From a virus, in the IMG/VR virus record IMGVR_UViG_3300024518_002913, positions 1 to 35,424 of that record: a stretch of 35,424 bases of DNA, one strand, 5' to 3'. The notes beneath the pieces were generated by a model that was given only the letters and a program-made list of their open reading frames with translations, searched no databases and had not been told where the DNA came from. The first letter of the stretch is position 1. Each line of letters opens with the position of its first letter. Shown here one piece after another: positions 31,424 through 35,424 of the stretch. Made by a program: the position numbers and the translations under genes.

Positions 31424-32083
31424 TTATGACCCTCCCGCTTTTTGTCCTAAGCCTTTAGCTAAGCCGCCCGTAAACGATGTTACTCCGCCCCTAAGTAATG
31501 ATTTCCCGAAGCTGTCTTTAGTGGTTGCGTGAAATTTCGTCCCTATGTCTGTAGTATTTAAAGTTTGCCTTGCCATGTTTCCGTATTCTTTTGCAATATC
31601 GTCTTTTCTTCTTTCAAAAGATGCCTTATTTAATAGTCTAGCCTCTGATGCGCCCTTAGACGTTCCACTCTCCGCAAGTAAACCCTGTGAAGTGTTTTGC
31701 ATCCCTGCGCCCCTAACAGATTGTGTTGCGCCTTCCTCTGCTGACTTCTGTTGCTTGGCTAGGCCTCTATCTTCTCTTTCAATATCGCCTTTTGCAATTT
31801 TGTCAGAGTCTTTACTTCTTCGCTTGTAATGCTCAAGAACTTTCCCTTCGCCTCTGCCAGCCGCCAACTTAATTCTTTTTAATTCTGCCGCCTCTGGGCT
31901 TGCTGGGTCCACAACGTCGCCGAACATATCCTTGATAGCTCCGCCTGATGCAAAATTTCCCCAGCCTTTTGCTGCTCTACTTAAGCTCGGCCCTCGGAAA
32001 ACTGAGCCACCGCCTAAGTTGACGGTTCCAACCGTTGCGGCCTTAACTGCCCCGCTTACTGTTCTTTTTAACGAAAAGCCCAT
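31424..32083 (-). CDS. Gly-rich virion-module protein, paralog A (219 aa)
   Basis: See paralog B; the two genes are separated by 2 nt. Confidence 0.5.
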   Translation of the reverse strand: MGFSLKRTVSGAVKAATVGTVNLGGGSVFRGPSLSRAAKGWGNFASGGAIKDMFGDVVDPASPEAAELKRIKLAAGRGEGKVLEHYKRRSKDSDKIAKGDIEREDRGLAKQQKSAEEGATQSVRGAGMQNTSQGLLAESGTSKGASEARLLNKASFERRKDDIAKEYGNMARQTLNTTDIGTKFHATTKDSFGKSLLRGGVTSFTGGLAKGLGQKAGGS

Positions 32084-32092
32084 ATCTAACCC

Positions 32093-32446
32093 TTATCTAT
32101 TGAAATAATCCGCTACGTTTTCAAGAAATTTTTGTTTCTTTACAGGATCGGAAAGATCGGCTTTGTCGAATTTCCTTAGAAATTTGTAAGACTTTTTCCT
32201 GTCCTTGTTTTTATTTTCCTTTTTTTGCCTTTCTGTGACTTCTTTGCCTTCGAGTTCAATAAGCCTTGCAAGGTTTTTAGCTTGTCTTATTTTTTTTAAA
32301 GACGTGTCAAGAGTATCTGGGTCCCCCTCATCTTCTAAAATCTTTTCAATATTTATGACATTACCGATACGCCGATTAAACTCTACCTGTGTAATAGCGT
32401 TGACTGAAAAAGAAACTAGAAAACTAATTAATAATAATATTTTCAT
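32093..32446 (-). CDS. Exported small charged protein (117 aa) with a Sec signal peptide
   Basis: MKILLLISFLVSFSVNA|ITQ, followed by a Lys/Glu-rich helical region. Confidence 0.5.
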   Translation of the reverse strand: MKILLLISFLVSFSVNAITQVEFNRRIGNVINIEKILEDEGDPDTLDTSLKKIRQAKNLARLIELEGKEVTERQKKENKNKDRKKSYKFLRKFDKADLSDPVKKQKFLENVADYFNR

Positions 32447-32454
32447 TTTATCTC

Positions 32455-33573
32455 CTAATTATAGATATGTGGAAAGTAGTAGCATGATAAATTTTGACCA
32501 CTTTTTCTTCCGCTAACTGTCTGGCTAATATTAGCAGTGCCAGCCGAAACATTTTGCTGCACTTGTATCGTTACGTTTGTTTGATCTGTGGCGTAGGTAA
32601 ATTCACCCGTTAAAATACCTACCCCATTGTCCGCCGCCGAGCCGTCGTATTGTACAACTGCAGAAGCTCCCGTAGTTCCATCGTAAAATCTTATTCCTTG
32701 ATCCCCTGCCGTGCTAACAGAAATCATACCAGTTAAAAAGCACCTTACTGTTCCTGCTGGAATAAAACTCATAACAATTTTTATTTTAGCTCCGTCTGTT
32801 CCTGTTGTCCCGCCATCTGCTGCGCAATCTGTTGCATTAACGCCACCGTAACAAGTGCGCGCAGTATCTCCGCAGTCGTCATCATCTGGAAAATTAGTCC
32901 ATGAAGTCCCTGAGCCTATCCACTGACAATTAGTGGTCTCTGCCCATGTGACACTAGCCAAAAGCCCTGCCCCATAAGGTGCTTTATAAACTCCATTAGC
33001 CCAACTTTTAACAGTATTTTGATTTATATCGCTCGATCCATCATTAAAAAATCTACCTAGGATTTTATTTCCTGAAGAATCATAACCATCTGGATCCGGT
33101 GCTGTAGTAGTAATTAATCCCGTTAGCGTTGTTCCCGTTGATCCCGTTTTTACATAAACATAATAATCTGTACTTGCTGCCTCTGCTGAGCAACCCGTGC
33201 AGCCCCATGTGACAGTGTTTGCAGTAGTGGTTTTAACAAAATTTCCATTAACCGACATTATGCAATCGCCCATAGATATGGTTGCGGCGTCACTCCAAGA
33301 TATAGCGCATCCATCCCTAACGCCATTAAGTAAAGCGGCGTAATCTGTTGTATTTAAAGCCCCATCCTCAAGAGTACCGTCAACTAGACACCCTGCATCA
33401 AGTGAGCCAGCAAGGCGGTCATAGATCGTACTATGATCCCCATTATACTTGGTTGATGTTAGTACCGTATTAGCAGAGTTTGCCGTGTATGTGTCACTGG
33501 TACACGTTCCCGCATAAACCTGACAACCAGCTGAGCAAGCCAACATTAATAAAGCTAAAATTTTCTTTTTCAT
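32455..33573 (-). CDS. Fibre / receptor-binding-like protein with an N-terminal signal peptide, unusually Cys-rich
   Basis: MKKKILALLMLACSAGCQVYA|GT. Mature part is Gly/Thr/Ser/Asp-rich and beta-like (YYVYVKTGSTGTTLTGLITTTAPD, KILGRFFNDGSS) with about 15 or more Cys. Confidence 0.5.
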   Translation of the reverse strand: MKKKILALLMLACSAGCQVYAGTCTSDTYTANSANTVLTSTKYNGDHSTIYDRLAGSLDAGCLVDGTLEDGALNTTDYAALLNGVRDGCAISWSDAATISMGDCIMSVNGNFVKTTTANTVTWGCTGCSAEAASTDYYVYVKTGSTGTTLTGLITTTAPDPDGYDSSGNKILGRFFNDGSSDINQNTVKSWANGVYKAPYGAGLLASVTWAETTNCQWIGSGTSWTNFPDDDDCGDTARTCYGGVNATDCAADGGTTGTDGAKIKIVMSFIPAGTVRCFLTGMISVSTAGDQGIRFYDGTTGASAVVQYDGSAADNGVGILTGEFTYATDQTNVTIQVQQNVSAGTANISQTVSGRKSGQNLSCYYFPHIYN

Positions 33574-33585
33574 ATCCTTTCCTTT

Positions 33586-35424
33586 TTAGTTTGGGTTTCC
33601 GTTTTTACTAATATCAATTTGCCCCCTAATCATGTTCATACTTGCATTTAATACATTCTGATAAAAGCCAACCAATAAAGATTGACCTGTTTTTAAAACT
33701 TCACCTTCGTATTTTACCACGGTTCTGCCATCCCCTAAAACGCCTTCATCTAACTTGGAGAGGTCCAAAACAAAGCCAGAATCATCTGAATCAAAATCAA
33801 ATGTTTGCAGCGTAGGCTCACTTAGTTGGTAGTCTAAAAAATATCTTGCGGTTATTGTGCTGCCTGATTCCAATGCTTTAAATATCACGCATCCAAAATT
33901 AAAAGTTGCATCAAAATCTTCCCCGTAAATCCAAGGTAAATGAAAAAAGGCGTCTATTGCTTGGGTCGTATTATCTTCCAGTGTATCCGCTCTATTTTCT
34001 TTAATCGAATGCTTCATAATATATCCGCCCGCTGTAGCGAATAAAATAATATCTTCCCCTGCTGAATCCTCGGCAAGCGCAGCGTCTATAATGTTTATAG
34101 GAAATTCATAGGGTCTAAAACCGCCTATATCTAACTCATAATTAAACGATCTTACAAAATCAGTGCGTCCTGCTGTAGAAGCAAAGGTCATATATTGGTC
34201 AAGAGTAGGGTAATAAACAGAAAAAGCATTTTTTATATTTGTTTTACTAAGTTGATGCTTGAAGCCCGTTTGTGTAAAAATGGATTTTAAATCACCATCT
34301 GCCAATTGGTAAGCATCAAGATTTTCATCGGTTTGCATTCTACCATTAACTATAACGTGCCAGCCAATTGTTGACATGAAATAAATTGCGCCATTAATTT
34401 CTTGGATCGTATCGTGGGCAACGCATCCAACATCTTTTGATATTGTAGAAACTCCATTTGTAGCATCATAAACCTCAATAGAAGTTCTTTTAAAAATACA
34501 TAAAAAGGGAACCTTTAAGGATTGCTGCCCGCTATAGAATCCAACGCCTAAGCCTGTTACTGGTCCCTGTCCGGCTGATTGAATAGTGAGGCCTGATGAT
34601 GTATCGTCCCAGCCGTCCGGTATGTCTGCCGTGCTTAAAAATACGTCTGACGGAAAGGTGCTATTTCCTGATGCTGCTATTTTATTACCAAAAACCGCAA
34701 GGTACTGCATTCCGCCCGTAGTCTGTGGCTCTGCGTTTTTAGTTGGGGGAGTATTTGAAGAAGTTGGAACCGCTGAAATATCTGTAGGCGTTGCCCCAAG
34801 TGCTATTTCTTCTATAAAAAGATAACTGCCGTTATTCGTGGAATCTTGTAAATAAACCCTAACCTTATCTATATTATTATTATCTGCGTCTGACGCTACT
34901 GCACTGATAGAGCTTAATGTCTTATTAGAGCTTGTCGTAGTTTTCTTTACTGCCGCGCCTATATTTGTTTCAAAGCCGTTTGTTGAATCGTAAAAAGTAT
35001 AAGCTAGATTATAAGCTGTATCAGCTAAAAGACTGCCCCCTGATGAAACTGTAGCCGTCAACGCTGCTGGTATTGATTGACCCAACTTACTCCAAGTCGT
35101 ACCGTCCCAAGAAAATAAACCGTTGCTTCCCATTGCAACTATGTGCCTTCCTCGAATTGTTACGGCTCTATGCTTGTTACTTGCAGTTAATAGACTTCCA
35201 TCCAATAATTCATCTTCGTCTAAAATATCAACATCTAATAAAAAACCACCCTCTATTAAAACATGGGAACCACTTGTAGAAACGGAATAAACATCTTCTT
35301 GAACTTTTGCTAAAACTCTAATAGTTCCAGAATTATCTTTAAAATATGAAACTGAATTTATTTCTTTCGTTGAATGCAACTGGGTAGAATTATATCTAGT
35401 ATAGCCGTTCCTTGTAATTAATAC
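33586..35424 (-). CDS. Tail structural protein (tail tubular / nozzle-like), 3' part of the junction-spanning gene
   Basis: The track ORF 33586..35379 remains open to the window end and continues at 228..112 on the circle, giving 651 aa. It is large, beta-rich and sits in the tail module. Confidence 0.6.
   Translation of the reverse strand, partial: VLITRNGYTRYNSTQLHSTKEINSVSYFKDNSGTIRVLAKVQEDVYSVSTSGSHVLIEGGFLLDVDILDEDELLDGSLLTASNKHRAVTIRGRHIVAMGSNGLFSWDGTTWSKLGQSIPAALTATVSSGGSLLADTAYNLAYTFYDSTNGFETNIGAAVKKTTTSSNKTLSSISAVASDADNNNIDKVRVYLQDSTNNGSYLFIEEIALGATPTDISAVPTSSNTPPTKNAEPQTTGGMQYLAVFGNKIAASGNSTFPSDVFLSTADIPDGWDDTSSGLTIQSAGQGPVTGLGVGFYSGQQSLKVPFLCIFKRTSIEVYDATNGVSTISKDVGCVAHDTIQEINGAIYFMSTIGWHVIVNGRMQTDENLDAYQLADGDLKSIFTQTGFKHQLSKTNIKNAFSVYYPTLDQYMTFASTAGRTDFVRSFNYELDIGGFRPYEFPINIIDAALAEDSAGEDIILFATAGGYIMKHSIKENRADTLEDNTTQAIDAFFHLPWIYGEDFDATFNFGCVIFKALESGSTITARYFLDYQLSEPTLQTFDFDSDDSGFVLDLSKLDEGVLGDGRTVVKYEGEVLKTGQSLLVGFYQNVLNASMNMIRGQIDISKNGNPN
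35314..35424. repeat. Terminal overlap, second copy of 1..111
   Basis: Identical 111-nt string at the other end of the window. Confidence 0.95.

Noticed and set aside
35314-35424. Identical 111-nt ends as transposon or IS terminal repeats or an LTR
   Set aside because: The copies are direct, exact, sit precisely at the window boundaries, and lie inside one continuous reading frame. That fits circular closure of the assembly, not a mobile-element boundary.

Overview
The first 111 nt (1..111) are identical to the last 111 nt (35314..35424), so the window is one complete circular or terminally redundant replicon of about 35,313 bp. It is an AT-rich tailed phage (Caudoviricetes) genome with almost no non-coding DNA. 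One long minus-strand late operon runs from the portal at 7347 leftwards and across the window junction to 24449. In order it contains portal, acidic scaffold, major capsid, tail/adaptor proteins, a fibre-like protein, putative internal virion proteins (two tandem paralogs, a 383-aa and a 1119-aa protein), then a lysis cassette: M15 peptidase, holin and a spanin-like pair. That order is podovirus/T7-like, and the spanin-like pair implies a Gram-negative host. A second minus-strand block (18073..9610) holds an XRE regulator, small terminase, two DUF2829 (Tad2-type) genes, an HNH nuclease, large terminase and a winged-helix protein. Plus-strand blocks (18126..19377 and 19978..24400) hold a metallophosphoesterase, an HExxH protein, a GDPD-like enzyme, a GIY-YIG nuclease, a RecT/Red-beta-type annealing protein and a small lipoprotein. 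I found no tRNA, rRNA, CRISPR array, integrase, DNA polymerase, primase or helicase. The most unusual feature is a polytopic O-antigen-ligase/polymerase family (Wzy_C-like) membrane protein translationally coupled inside the capsid-tail operon, together with several Sec-signal-bearing proteins in that operon, one of them a Cys-rich fibre-like protein. Other points worth checking: a candidate anti-defence island around the two DUF2829 paralogs; a G-quadruplex-capable GC-rich island next to terS; an iteron-rich 400-bp non-coding region (ori/pac candidate); palindromic operator pairs in front of the early operon; a repeated 3' coupling cassette; and a phosphoesterase gene with no canonical start codon. 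All functional calls come from reading motifs by eye; no database search was possible.
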